Shown: positions 48,001-59,182, counted from the stretch's first letter. The stretch is 64,000 bases of DNA from Candidatus Stoquefichus sp. SB1 (GCF_001244545.1 NZ_LN852693.1:11631-75630), one strand, 5' to 3'. Notes: generated by a model not told the origin, from the sequence alone. Numbers and translations: made by a program.

Positions 48001-49442
48001 AATTAAAAACATTACTATATTCTCAGTTATATACAAAAGATGAATATCCTGCAATTATGATACCTTTATTTGAAAATAATGAGCTATCAGCTTTATTGAG
48101 TGTTAGTGGAATCAAGAAAAATCAAGAACAAATATCATTTTTGAAGGCAATTTTATTGACAATCATTAGAGAACAGCGTCTTTTCATTGCTCAAAAAAAG
48201 ATAGAATATTATCAGGAATTTGATTCTTTAACGAAAGTTAAAAATCGCATGAGTTTCTTTCATTATAGTAGAAATTTAAATATTGATACATTGATTTCAT
48301 TAGGTATCATGGTAATAGATATTAATGGTTTAAGAGAATTGAATAAGATATATGGATTGGCTTATGGCGATTCTGTTATTGTAAGATTAGCTAATGAACT
48401 AGGGAAGGAAAAAGAATATGCCAATGTATATCGTTTTGATAGTGATGAATTTTTACTTGTTTTTGAAAATATAACTTATGAAAGTTTTATTAAAAAAACT
48501 ATATCTATAAAACAAAACATCAGTTCAATCTGTCAAGTAACGGTAGGTGTTTCATGGGCGGAAAAACAAATTTCTTTATTTAACTTGGTTAATAATGCGA
48601 TTGAGCAAAGAAATATGGAAAAACAATTAAGTTATGGTGAACTTTTTATGTTTCATGAAAATGATGGTAATAAGCAATATGCTTATAAACATTTAATAGA
48701 TGCAATCCAAAAAGGATATCTCAAAATGTTTCTTCAACAAAAAGTAAATAGTGCAAATGGACATGTTGTAGGAGCTGAAGCTTTAATTAGATATCAAGAT
48801 GAAAAACATGGACTTGTTGGACCAGTGCAGTTTGTTCCTTATCTAGAAACAACAGGATTAATATTTTATGTTGATTTTTTGATTTTTGAAGAGGTACATA
48901 AACTTTTAACATTATGGAAACAAAAAGGAATACCGCTTATCCCTATTTCATTAAATTTTTCAAGAGTAACTTTATTAAGTGATGAACTTGTTGACTATAT
49001 GAATCAAATTCATAAAAAATATGATATCGATACACAACTCATTGAGATAGAAATCACTGAAAATATTGGTGAAATAGAGCGAATGACGATTATTAAACAA
49101 TGTCATGAAATAAAAATGGCTGGATATCGACTTGCTCTTGATGATTTTGGATCTAAATATAGTAATATTTCTATTCTTTCAGATATTCATTTTGATACTT
49201 TGAAATTTGATAAACAGCTTATTGATTATTTGATTGAAAACAAAAAATCTCAATGGACATTAGAATGTATTATTGATCTGTGTAGAAAAATGGATATATA
49301 TAATGTTGCAGAAGGTGTGGAATTGAAAGAACAAGTTGATATACTAGCTCAAATGGGATGTACTTATATTCAAGGATACTATTATAGCAAACCTGTTATA
49401 GCAAGCCAATTTGATATAAGTCATAATTATAGAGAAGATTAA
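45048..49442 (+). CDS. multidomain c-di-GMP signalling protein with PAS x4, GGDEF (canonical), degenerate GGDEF, GAF-like, degenerate GGDEF and EAL domains
   Basis: DPLTGLYNRRGF...RYGGDEF is an intact diguanylate cyclase. Two further GGDEF-like domains carry YTGEF and FDSDEF in place of GGDEF. The C-terminal EAL domain has EALIR, EIEITEN, DDFG and EGVE. Start chosen at ATG 45048 after RBS GAAAGAAGGG; the TTG at 45030 is also in frame. Confidence 0.8.
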   Translation: MNIQNNAGIVEASLGGVFECLYDDHLTLLYADESLFQLLDYSQEEFLDLYQNHLMDVICMVERDDILNEINKQLKKGHTFMYENRLVCKNGEYKWIWISAQLLKDSQNRKYFHCIFHDITEDKIIQENLAISEKRFQIIMEQTQDVIFEMDVRNNQVYYSENYEKTFGYKVPLDNFPASMFATDIIYEDDKTVLLNAFQSLRNGENSMQCEYRLKYRNKGYHWVEAKATAIRDSEGTLLNMIGIITDIHERKQEIIESLKEASYDPLTGLYNRRGFLKKIDELLLRNQTCVLILLDLDDFKNINDNLGHLEGDRVLYELSQNLKTAFEDQTIGRYGGDEFIIFVTQNVSLDELNERIKKFQDLIHQRFLDKYHIDLGFSIGASIYPFHGDNFLSLFHKADVAMYEAKKNGKNQFVVYENDHHFHFLTHRGHEKLEYDTKYIDDVSNKNYESKENIDFFQQLKHKEFVYQTALQKSHMNVWEYNLKQKRLYLTEGISKKNSLSIVEYQTPESMIEQGVIHPMSIPIVRDMYQEIEKGIPEIQADILTRGIDNEHWWWQRIHYHMIYDDYGHPCIAIAVGKDVTKQKETQMEYQKDLFYQVIQNKDLIAYFDCNITKNQIDQFHSIDVKYENLLTYDDILELQKQFSATQEDILRVQNIFSKEALMEAYSHGENILTCDYRRKDTQGHLSWVRAISKIFLDGNDLHILGVLQDIMMNKVLEGKIHKNIEKDPLTGIYSRDTVAAMIEQILSEQLQDHKPFAFLLFHVDLNHFVLNNQNNINGVLKEIASYLLLCFSKNKVVGKLYTGEFVVFIYNDFDRESILRYVNEIKQSMRIYSIVPGIQDRISIMFGATIDYTSKTFDELYNKVKKSMRDISENTHIEGLEIMINDDEQKCSQTKNELDLSTFTNYLYSLPFPINIQEALGEIRKFYDGDRAFLYDISQDYFVENKKETLVYLEYKECLLIHIDKIKQWAIEYKVDNLLSIEQLKTLLYSQLYTKDEYPAIMIPLFENNELSALLSVSGIKKNQEQISFLKAILLTIIREQRLFIAQKKIEYYQEFDSLTKVKNRMSFFHYSRNLNIDTLISLGIMVIDINGLRELNKIYGLAYGDSVIVRLANELGKEKEYANVYRFDSDEFLLVFENITYESFIKKTISIKQNISSICQVTVGVSWAEKQISLFNLVNNAIEQRNMEKQLSYGELFMFHENDGNKQYAYKHLIDAIQKGYLKMFLQQKVNSANGHVVGAEALIRYQDEKHGLVGPVQFVPYLETTGLIFYVDFLIFEEVHKLLTLWKQKGIPLIPISLNFSRVTLLSDELVDYMNQIHKKYDIDTQLIEIEITENIGEIERMTIIKQCHEIKMAGYRLALDDFGSKYSNISILSDIHFDTLKFDKQLIDYLIENKKSQWTLECIIDLCRKMDIYNVAEGVELKEQVDILAQMGCTYIQGYYYSKPVIASQFDISHNYRED

Positions 49443-49512
49443 TTATGCTTACTAAGCTTTAAAATTCATAAAATAAATATTATAGCTATATAAAAAGTTT
49501 AAGAATAATCAG

Positions 49513-49562
49513 TAATCCAAAATAACTTGTTTATCTAAGTCATTTTGGATTATCTGTTTTTA
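49513..49562 (+). terminator. intrinsic terminator
   Basis: Perfect 11-bp stem TAATCCAAAAT / ATTTTGGATTA followed by TCTGTTTTTA. Confidence 0.6.
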
Positions 49563-49778
49563 CGGATATAAATAAAATTATACTTTAATGTCAATAAATT
49601 TATTCTGATTAGAAATGACTTTTAGATATCATATTTTTTATAAAGTATAGAAATGATGAATTTAAGAATCATTGCAAAACTAATCCTTTGGTTCTATCAA
49701 GTAGAGTATTTGTATTAAAGCTGTTTTAAATTGGAAGATAAATTTGATATAATGAAACTATCAAAGGAGGGATTATTA

Positions 49779-50312
49779 ATGGAATTACAGATAGTTTTAG
49801 AAAAAAGAAGAAGTATTAGAAAGTATGTGGATCAACCTGTATCAGATGAAGATTTACATAAAATCATTCAAGCAGCAATACTAGCTCCTTCATGGAAAAA
49901 TTCTCAGGTGACACGTTATTATATAGCTACGTCAGTTGAAACTCTACAAAAAGTTAAAGAAGCTTTACCTGAGTTTAATCAGCATAATGTAGAAAATGCA
50001 CCTATCCTGATTGTTTCTACCATTGTTTTAGATCGTTCAGGATTTGAACGCAATGGAAACGCCAGCAATGAGTTAGGTAATGGATGGGGTTATTATGATT
50101 GTGGAATGCATAATATGAACTTGCTTTTAAAAGCAACAGAACTTGGTCTTTCAACTTTGGTTATGGGAATTCGTGATGCTCAAAAGATAAGAGAAATTTT
50201 TGATATCCCATCAAATGAATCAATTGTTAGTGTAATTGCGGTAGGATATAGTGACTTTGAAGTAGAAATGCCTCAAAGAAAACAATTTGAAGATATTGTA
50301 ACAATCAAGTAA
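49779..50312 (+). CDS. nitroreductase family protein (NAD(P)H-flavin oxidoreductase-like)
   Basis: The N-terminal LEKRRSIRKY is typical of nitroreductases. Start at ATG 49779 after RBS AAAGGAGGG. An extended -10 TGATATAAT lies at 49744. Confidence 0.75.
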   Translation: MELQIVLEKRRSIRKYVDQPVSDEDLHKIIQAAILAPSWKNSQVTRYYIATSVETLQKVKEALPEFNQHNVENAPILIVSTIVLDRSGFERNGNASNELGNGWGYYDCGMHNMNLLLKATELGLSTLVMGIRDAQKIREIFDIPSNESIVSVIAVGYSDFEVEMPQRKQFEDIVTIK

Positions 50313-50346
50313 GATGGTCATATTTAAGTTAAAGAATAATCTATTG

Positions 50347-50390
50347 AAATAAACATAGGATGACTTTTCATCATCCCATGTTTATTTTTG
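50347..50390. terminator. bidirectional terminator hairpin
   Basis: AAATAAACATAGGATGA / TCATCCCATGTTTATTT imperfect stem between convergent genes. Confidence 0.5.
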
Positions 50391-51452
50391 ATAATATTGA
50401 ATTGTTGTTTGAATTTGTGTTTCATTAGGAATGAATCCATAGGAAACAAGGATCACTTGATTTTTGTTTTGAATAATCAAAGTTGTTAAATCTTTTTGTG
50501 AGTAGCCATAAAGAACATTGTTTTCTATTTTGGCAGATGTACATAAATATAAATCAGGTTGTTTTTTAAAATCATGCATTAATTGGCTGGCTGATTGTTC
50601 AGAGTGCAGTTGATATTCTTTAAGGTAAAGTAAGGAATTATCAGGGGCAGTCTCTAATGATGAATAGGAATGTGGGACTGTAAAACTTGATTTTTTTTGA
50701 GTTGATAGTTTTGTTTCTCCACTGATTCCTAAATTATTTAATGTTAAAAGAGGATGTTCTTGAATTGTAAATGATTGAGCATTCAAAGTATCTTCTATCA
50801 TTCCACCAGCAATAAAAATGACTGATATTACAGTGAAAATTGTATATATTTTTCTTAAAAGAGATAATGTAGATTGTGGTAACTGATGTTTTTTGACTTG
50901 TAATTGTTTATAAAATAGATGGGTATAAAACAGATTACAAAATGTTCGAAAAACAGTTGTACAGAGTGCTAGAATCAAACCAATATAGGCAATTGTTATA
51001 CCATAAGTTAAAAAAGTATCAATATTCATAGCATAAAGAGAACCAACAATAAAGAAAATTGTAACAAGTAAAGCAATAACAAATGCATTAAGAGAATTTA
51101 ATCTTTTTTTATCATCGATAAAATCTTGTTTTTCTTCCCATTTGATAAGTTCAGGAATTTCATGGTCTCCAATAAAAACATACATTCCTTTTTTATTGTA
51201 AATAGGTTGATAAAATTCATCTAAGTAAGGATCATAAAAAAGTTCTTTGCTTTTCTTTTTGTCTGCTTTGTTTTTACCTTTTGGAGTAAAGAAATCAATT
51301 TTATAGTAAACAGGAGTATCTGTTTTTTTGAAAATAGATAAGAAAGATAAATCATCTGTACTATAATGTAATTGACCTAAACGATTTAGTTTTTGTTGTA
51401 ATAATTCATGTTCGTAAGGACGAAAATTCATTATTTTAAAAATATATTTCAT
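50382..51452 (-). CDS. hypothetical membrane protein
   Basis: 356 aa, with an N-terminal soluble domain, two or three central TM helices and a C-terminal beta-rich domain. No family recognised. Confidence 0.5.
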   Translation of the reverse strand: MKYIFKIMNFRPYEHELLQQKLNRLGQLHYSTDDLSFLSIFKKTDTPVYYKIDFFTPKGKNKADKKKSKELFYDPYLDEFYQPIYNKKGMYVFIGDHEIPELIKWEEKQDFIDDKKRLNSLNAFVIALLVTIFFIVGSLYAMNIDTFLTYGITIAYIGLILALCTTVFRTFCNLFYTHLFYKQLQVKKHQLPQSTLSLLRKIYTIFTVISVIFIAGGMIEDTLNAQSFTIQEHPLLTLNNLGISGETKLSTQKKSSFTVPHSYSSLETAPDNSLLYLKEYQLHSEQSASQLMHDFKKQPDLYLCTSAKIENNVLYGYSQKDLTTLIIQNKNQVILVSYGFIPNETQIQTTIQYYQK

Positions 51453-51637
51453 ATCATCAGCTCACTTTCTTGTGTATTATATCAAACATCTCAAAAATTG
51501 TCTATCTTACTAGAATGTTAAGATAATATTAAGAAATTGTTAAAAAAATGTAAATTGTTTGTTTTCAAGGGATTGAGAATATAGTATAATACGATTGTAA
51601 CTTTGTAAAAAAATGACGAAAATGAGGAGGTCATTTT

Positions 51638-53344
51638 ATGGATTTGACGTTAGTTTTCTCGCTAATGGGAGGACTAGGGATGTTCTTATATGGGATGAAA
51701 CTCATGAGCGATTCTCTAGCGAATGTTGCGGGAGCCAAATTACGTACGATATTAGAAAAAATGACAAAAAATACTTTTGTAGGGATGTTAGTAGGAATGG
51801 CTTTTACTGCTGTTATTCAATCATCATCAGCCACAACAGTATTGGTTGTTAGTTTTGTCAATGCAGGATTGATGAATTTATATCAGGCGACTGGTATTAT
51901 TATGGGAGCTAATATTGGGACAACAATTACAGGACAGTTAATTGCATTTAATTTATCTGAAATTGCACCATTGTTTGTTTTAGGTGGGGTGATTATGGTT
52001 ATGTCATCAAAGAAACCTAATATTCAAAAAATTGGTGAAGTGATTTTAGGATTTGGTATTTTATTTGTAGGTTTGTCTTCTATGTCAGCGGCCATGTCAA
52101 CACTTAAAGATTCACCAGTTATTGTTCATGCGCTATCAACATTAACGAATCCATTCTTGGCTATTTTGGTTGGGTTTGCTATTACGGCTATTTTACAATC
52201 TTCATCAGCAACAGTGGGTATTATTATCTTGCTGGCATCACAGGGATTGTTGCAATTACATATTTGTTTCTATATTATTTTAGGATGCAATATTGGTTCA
52301 TGTGTCTCTGCGTTAATTGCCAGTCTAGGCGGCAAGAAAAATGCCAAACGTGCAGCATATATTCATTTCTTATTTAATGTCTTTGGCTCTTTAGCCATTG
52401 TTGTGATATTACAATTGTTTATGCCTTATATCGAAACAGGTATTATGGCTTTGACTGGTTCTCAGCATTTAACAGGACAGGCATTACATGATGCAATGGC
52501 AAGAAATGTTGCGAACGCACACACGATTTTTAAAGTCTTCCAGGTGATTATTCTTTATCCGTTTGCTAAATTGATTGTTAAGGCAACTTATATATTAGTG
52601 CCTGGTGATGATGAGGAACATGGCTTTACGCTTCAATATATTAGTGATAAAGTGGCTTTTTCAGCAACAACTGCCATTCCACAGGTCATTCATGAAGTCG
52701 AACGTATGGCTGAATTGGCTCGTAAGAATTTAAATATTGCTGTCAATTCTTTGTTGAATGTTGATACATCAACGCAAGAAGAAATCGCTAAAAATGAGGA
52801 ACACATTGATTTTTTGAATCATGCTATTTTTGAATATTTGAACCATATTAATCAGACACCATTGCCTGATGAGGATTCACGTATTATTGGTCCATTATTC
52901 CATGTTATTGCTGATATTGAACGTATTGGTGACCATGCGAAATCAATTGCGAATATTACATTAACATGTGAAAGAAAAAAATATCGTTTTACACATGAAC
53001 GTAAAGTTGAAATTCGTGAACTTTTAACCATGGTTAATTCTGAATTAGAATTAAGTTTAGAAATGTTTACGCAAAAATCACTTGATCATTTAAGTGAAAT
53101 ATTAAAATTAGAAGATTTAATTGATCGAAAAGAAGATAGGCTTCAAAAGGCTTATTTAACAGATATAAAAAGAAAAGAAACGGCTCCAAGAGAAGGAATG
53201 TTATATTCTGATTTGGCAGCAGCTTTAGAAAGAGTTGGAGATCATGCTACGAATATTGCTTTTTCAATTTTAAATGATGATAGTGAGGAAATTAATCGTT
53301 TAATTGAAGAAGAACATGTGGATCCATCTGATTATATACTTTAA
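51638..53344 (+). CDS. Na/Pi cotransporter family protein (NptA-like) with C-terminal PhoU-like domain
   Basis: Duplicated Na/Pi-cotransporter membrane repeats (QSSSATT twice) and a C-terminal alpha-helical PhoU-like domain. Confidence 0.75.
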   Translation: MDLTLVFSLMGGLGMFLYGMKLMSDSLANVAGAKLRTILEKMTKNTFVGMLVGMAFTAVIQSSSATTVLVVSFVNAGLMNLYQATGIIMGANIGTTITGQLIAFNLSEIAPLFVLGGVIMVMSSKKPNIQKIGEVILGFGILFVGLSSMSAAMSTLKDSPVIVHALSTLTNPFLAILVGFAITAILQSSSATVGIIILLASQGLLQLHICFYIILGCNIGSCVSALIASLGGKKNAKRAAYIHFLFNVFGSLAIVVILQLFMPYIETGIMALTGSQHLTGQALHDAMARNVANAHTIFKVFQVIILYPFAKLIVKATYILVPGDDEEHGFTLQYISDKVAFSATTAIPQVIHEVERMAELARKNLNIAVNSLLNVDTSTQEEIAKNEEHIDFLNHAIFEYLNHINQTPLPDEDSRIIGPLFHVIADIERIGDHAKSIANITLTCERKKYRFTHERKVEIRELLTMVNSELELSLEMFTQKSLDHLSEILKLEDLIDRKEDRLQKAYLTDIKRKETAPREGMLYSDLAAALERVGDHATNIAFSILNDDSEEINRLIEEEHVDPSDYIL

Positions 53345-53368
53345 GCCTACATTTGTAGGCTTTTTCTC
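53344..53368 (+). terminator. intrinsic terminator
   Basis: AGCCTACA-TTT-TGTAGGCT followed by TTTTT. Confidence 0.7.
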
Positions 53369-53423
53369 TAGACGGATGATTTAAAATGCGTTAGAATGAG
53401 AGAACTAAGGGGGAGAAGGGAAA

Positions 53424-55160
53424 ATGAAAGGAAGATTTAGAAAATTTTTATCATATTATAAACCATATAAACGCTTGTTTTTAACGGATATGTTTTGTGC
53501 TATGGTGGCTGCTGGAATTACCTTAGCATTTCCAATGATTACCAGATATATTACAGGGGTTATTTTATTAGAAACACCCATTCAATTGAATCGTATTTAT
53601 CAGTTGGGTATTTTTATGGTGATTTTAGTGATTGTTGAGTTCTTTTGTAATTTTTATGTTGCTTATCAAGGGCATGTGATGGGAACTTATATGGAAAGAG
53701 ATATTCGTAATGAATTATTTGAACATTATCAGAAACTTTCATTTAGTTTCTATGATGAACAAAAGACTGGACAATTGATGTCACGTATTACTAATGATAT
53801 TTTTTCATTAACAGAACTTTATCATCATGGACCAGAAGATATTGTCATATCTTTAATAAAATTTGTTGGAGCATTTATTATTCTATCAACAATTAATTTG
53901 AATTTAACTTTAATTGTTTTTGCTTTTATTCCTATCATGGGTGGTTTTGCTTTGTATTACAATAAAAAGATGAAAAAAGCTTTTAAACGTAATAAACAAA
54001 GAATAGGTGATATCAATGCAAGAATTGAAGATAATTTATCTGGTATTCGTGTTGTAAAGAGTTTTGCTAATGAAGATAAGGAAATGGATAAATTTAAAGT
54101 TGAGAATATGAATTTTGTAAACAGCAAAAGAAATAGTTATCTTTATATGGCAAAATATCATTCTGGATTAGGTGTTTTTACTAGTATGATTACTGTTGCA
54201 GTTATCTTTTTTGGTGCGATTTTTATTAGTCATGATTCAATTACGACACCTGATTTAATTGCTTTTGTTTTGTATATTACAAATTTAATTGAGCCTGTTA
54301 AAAAATTGATTAATTTTACAGAACAATTTCAAGAAGGGGCAACTGGGTTTGAAAGATTTATGGAAATTCTTGAGGTACAGCCTGATATTAAGGATACGAA
54401 AGATGCTATTGAATTAAAAAATGTTGAGGGTCATATTTGTTTTCAAAATGTTGGATTTCGCTATAATGATAAAACAGATTATGTACTCAAAAATATTGAT
54501 TTAGAAGTTCAACCTGGTGATTATGTTGCTTTAGTAGGTTCATCAGGAGTTGGAAAAACAACAATATGTTCATTGTTGCCACGTTTTTATGAAGTCACTG
54601 AAGGTTCTATTACAATTGATGGTCAAGATATTAGAAATGTAAAATTGGCTTCTTTACGTCAAAATATTGGTATTGTTCAACAGGATGTCTATTTATTTGC
54701 TGGAACAATTATGGATAATATTCGTTATGGTAAGTTTGGTGCAACCGATGAAGAAGTCATTGAAGCTGCTAAAAAAGCCAATGCTCATGATTTTATTATG
54801 GAACTTCCTGATGGGTATAATACTGATTGTGGACAAAGAGGGGTCAAACTTTCTGGTGGTCAAAAACAACGTCTTTCCATTGCCAGAGTCTTTTTGAAAA
54901 ATCCACCTATTTTGATTTTTGATGAAGCAACTAGTGCTTTGGATAATGAAAGTGAACATATTGTTCAAGAATCATTGGAATCATTAGCAATGAATCGTAC
55001 GACTTTTGTTATTGCTCATCGTTTATCAACAATTAAAAATGCAAAACGTATATGTGTTTTAACAGCTGAAGGAATTAGTGAAGAAGGGACACATGAGGAT
55101 TTATTGGCTCAGCAGGGTCAATATGCATATTTGTATAATATGCAGTTTAAAAGTGAATAA
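53424..55160 (+). CDS. ABC transporter ATP-binding/permease fusion protein (type I exporter, MDR-like)
   Basis: A 6-TM domain followed by an NBD with Walker A GSSGVGKTT, the signature LSGGQKQR and Walker B ILIFDEATS. Confidence 0.85.
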   Translation: MKGRFRKFLSYYKPYKRLFLTDMFCAMVAAGITLAFPMITRYITGVILLETPIQLNRIYQLGIFMVILVIVEFFCNFYVAYQGHVMGTYMERDIRNELFEHYQKLSFSFYDEQKTGQLMSRITNDIFSLTELYHHGPEDIVISLIKFVGAFIILSTINLNLTLIVFAFIPIMGGFALYYNKKMKKAFKRNKQRIGDINARIEDNLSGIRVVKSFANEDKEMDKFKVENMNFVNSKRNSYLYMAKYHSGLGVFTSMITVAVIFFGAIFISHDSITTPDLIAFVLYITNLIEPVKKLINFTEQFQEGATGFERFMEILEVQPDIKDTKDAIELKNVEGHICFQNVGFRYNDKTDYVLKNIDLEVQPGDYVALVGSSGVGKTTICSLLPRFYEVTEGSITIDGQDIRNVKLASLRQNIGIVQQDVYLFAGTIMDNIRYGKFGATDEEVIEAAKKANAHDFIMELPDGYNTDCGQRGVKLSGGQKQRLSIARVFLKNPPILIFDEATSALDNESEHIVQESLESLAMNRTTFVIAHRLSTIKNAKRICVLTAEGISEEGTHEDLLAQQGQYAYLYNMQFKSE

Positions 55161-55194
55161 ATAAGGAGGACTGTTTGATAGCAGCCCTCCTTAT

Positions 55195-56508
<1,314 letters not shown>

Positions 56509-56579
56509 TCATAAATTTTCTTTTTTTATATGTGAAAAAGGAATATGATATATTTATATACAAAAAAGGAGAATAATGT

Positions 56580-56870
56580 ATGGGTGGAATAAGTGTTCTT
56601 ATTATTTTGTTGCTTTTTTCTGGACCAATGATGATTTTATCTTTGTTACCAATAATTGTAGATATTTATATAGCTTATGCCATAATTGTATGTATAGGTT
56701 CATTGGTTGTTTACTATCTTATTCATCGAAAAGGATTGTTTCATCGTTTCCATAATAATTGGAAAGAACTTGCTATGAAATGTTTAAAGTGGTTTCTCAT
56801 TGTTGAGACAATTTTAACCTTCTTATCTTTGTGTGTTGCTATTTATCTGAAATATACTTATTTTATATAG
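56580..56870 (+). CDS. hypothetical small membrane protein
   Basis: 96 aa, three TM helices. Confidence 0.4.
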   Translation: MGGISVLIILLLFSGPMMILSLLPIIVDIYIAYAIIVCIGSLVVYYLIHRKGLFHRFHNNWKELAMKCLKWFLIVETILTFLSLCVAIYLKYTYFI

Positions 56871-56874
56871 AATA

Positions 56875-56902
56875 ATATCCAATAGGATTTCCTATTGGAT
56901 AT
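56875..56902. terminator. bidirectional terminator hairpin
   Basis: Perfect 12-bp stem ATATCCAATAGG / CCTATTGGATAT with loop ATTT, between convergent genes. Confidence 0.55.
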
Positions 56903-58826
56903 ATTTGTAATAATTGTTATCTAATATTTTTTTTGAATAATCTATTTTTTGTTTCACAAGTGTATTGATTTTTTTAAGATAATCTTTATCTTCAACAGCA
57001 TTATTGATCCATGTTGCTTTTTGGGTTTTAGAATTATACATAACGTGTTCAGTTATAAAACTTCTATTTTCAAAAATAACCAATGAATCGTTATCAGATA
57101 GTAAATCAGTGCCCATTAACAGGCGTGAATCATATTCTAATCCTAACAGATTAGAAAGTGTTGGAAGAATATCTAAACTACTTCCTTGCTTATCAACAAC
57201 AATTGGCTCCTTCATTGCTTCGCTCCAAATAATCAATTCATTTTTATAGATTTCAAAATTTTTCTCTAATTGATGACCTGCCAGTTCATTATAGTCTTTA
57301 TCTGGTAAACCATAAGGATAATGATCAGCACTCATAGCGATTAATGTTTTATCAGCAATTCCAGCTTGTTTTAAACGTGTAATGAGGTATTCTAAAGCAC
57401 GATCTAATTCAATTTGGGTTGCAAGATATCCTTTGGCAAGTTCAGATTTATCAAGATTGTTAACGAGTGATTTGTTTTTTGCAGCCATACTGTTTCCTAC
57501 AAAAGTATAATTAGTATGTCCACTTACAGTCATATAATATGTGTGAAAATGTTCTTTATCTATATATTGATCAACAGTTTTTTGTATCATTTCTAAATCA
57601 GATTCAGGCCACTGTTTCTTTAGTGATAAACCATGTCCAACAGCTTTAAAATCATAGCCTAAGTTAGGATGTGAAAGATTACGACCATAATATGTATAAG
57701 AATGATCGTGATAAGCTTGTGTAGTATAACCTAATTTTTGAAACTGTTTTCCAAGCGTAAATGGCAAAGTGTTTTTTGAAGATTCTTTAAAACTCCAAAC
57801 ACCATTTTTAGGAATTAAACCTTGCAATGCGACATATTCTCCATCACTTGTACTGACATTCCATAAAGGCGTATAAAAATGATTGAAAATAAATCCTTCA
57901 TTTTTTAATTTATATAATGTGGGTGTTAATTCTTTATCAATAGCATAAGGTGAAAAACCTTCACAAGTGAGTAAGATTACATTGAAATCTTTAAACATAC
58001 CTGTATATTGATTTTGTTTGGTAGGTGTTACATTTTGAAAATACTTATGCATGTTTTTGATAGTCTCATTTTTTGAATTATCAATAAGCTGATTAAAGTC
58101 AATATCCATTGTTTGATCCTTATAAGTCATATTTTTTGACTCTTCAGGTTCAATGGGTTCTTCGTTAATCATATCATTACTTGTCCTGCCAAATATAAAG
58201 GATTGAACATCTAAACGACAAGAGGTTATCATCCCTAATTGACTAACTGTTAATTCATTCATAGATGCTTCTTTATATAAGTCTAAAGGTGTGTTTAATG
58301 CAGTGTTTGGAAGATATAAGAGACCATAACCCAAAAAGAAAAACGCTATTATCATTGTTAAAGAAATCAATATAGATTTATCACCAAAACGTTTTAAATG
58401 AATATGTTTTCTTTCATAAAGAATATAAAATCCAAAAGGAACAAAACAAAGCAGAATCCAAAATATATTTGAAATAATGAGATTGACAATATCCTGCCAA
58501 AATTCAGCCACCTGTCCACCGTTACCAATAGAATATACAGTGAAGAAAACTTTGAAAAAATTATAATAAAGGATTTGACTACAAAAATAAAACCCAATAA
58601 TAAATAACAAGACTCCAAATATCATTTTATTTACTTTCTTTTTAAAAACATGAGCGAGCAGATTGAAAAAAAGACCTATACTGATTCCAAAAATCAGTGG
58701 GTAAATAAAAGTCCATTGAATACTCTTAAAAACTGAAATTCTAAGTAATAACTCAAGATAAAAAAGCGTTATGATCATATAAAGCCATGAATAGTGAAGT
58801 AATTGTTTGTTAATCATAAGTATCAC
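56892..58826 (-). CDS. LTA synthase family protein (sulfatase / alkaline-phosphatase superfamily, LtaS-like)
   Basis: Five N-terminal TM helices followed by an extracellular sulfatase-like catalytic domain. Confidence 0.7.
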   Translation of the reverse strand: MILMINKQLLHYSWLYMIITLFYLELLLRISVFKSIQWTFIYPLIFGISIGLFFNLLAHVFKKKVNKMIFGVLLFIIGFYFCSQILYYNFFKVFFTVYSIGNGGQVAEFWQDIVNLIISNIFWILLCFVPFGFYILYERKHIHLKRFGDKSILISLTMIIAFFFLGYGLLYLPNTALNTPLDLYKEASMNELTVSQLGMITSCRLDVQSFIFGRTSNDMINEEPIEPEESKNMTYKDQTMDIDFNQLIDNSKNETIKNMHKYFQNVTPTKQNQYTGMFKDFNVILLTCEGFSPYAIDKELTPTLYKLKNEGFIFNHFYTPLWNVSTSDGEYVALQGLIPKNGVWSFKESSKNTLPFTLGKQFQKLGYTTQAYHDHSYTYYGRNLSHPNLGYDFKAVGHGLSLKKQWPESDLEMIQKTVDQYIDKEHFHTYYMTVSGHTNYTFVGNSMAAKNKSLVNNLDKSELAKGYLATQIELDRALEYLITRLKQAGIADKTLIAMSADHYPYGLPDKDYNELAGHQLEKNFEIYKNELIIWSEAMKEPIVVDKQGSSLDILPTLSNLLGLEYDSRLLMGTDLLSDNDSLVIFENRSFITEHVMYNSKTQKATWINNAVEDKDYLKKINTLVKQKIDYSKKILDNNYYKYIQ

Positions 58827-58937
58827 CCAAAATTATCGTAACATTTTTTGAGTTTTGAAACAATGAAAACGAATAATGTCGAATAATATATTATTCAAAT
58901 CTCTCAAGATGTGGTATAATAGGGAAAGAAATGAGGA

Positions 58938-59174
58938 ATGGTTATGATTGTAATTTATATTATAGGTGGCATCTTATTACTTGCTTTAGCAATCTATTTT
59001 TTAGATCGACGTGAGAAAATGACACATGAAATCAAGGAAATCAAAGCTTATAAGAGTGAAATAGATGCGACAAATCAGGAACTTGATGAATTAATTGAAC
59101 AATTAGAGAGTATGAATGAACCTTTATCAAAGGTGAATCAGATATCAAAAAAGATATTAAGTTATATGAAATGA
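58938..59174 (+). CDS. hypothetical small protein (TM helix plus coiled coil)
   Basis: 78 aa. Confidence 0.35.
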   Translation: MVMIVIYIIGGILLLALAIYFLDRREKMTHEIKEIKAYKSEIDATNQELDELIEQLESMNEPLSKVNQISKKILSYMK

Positions 59175-59182
59175 AAAAACTA

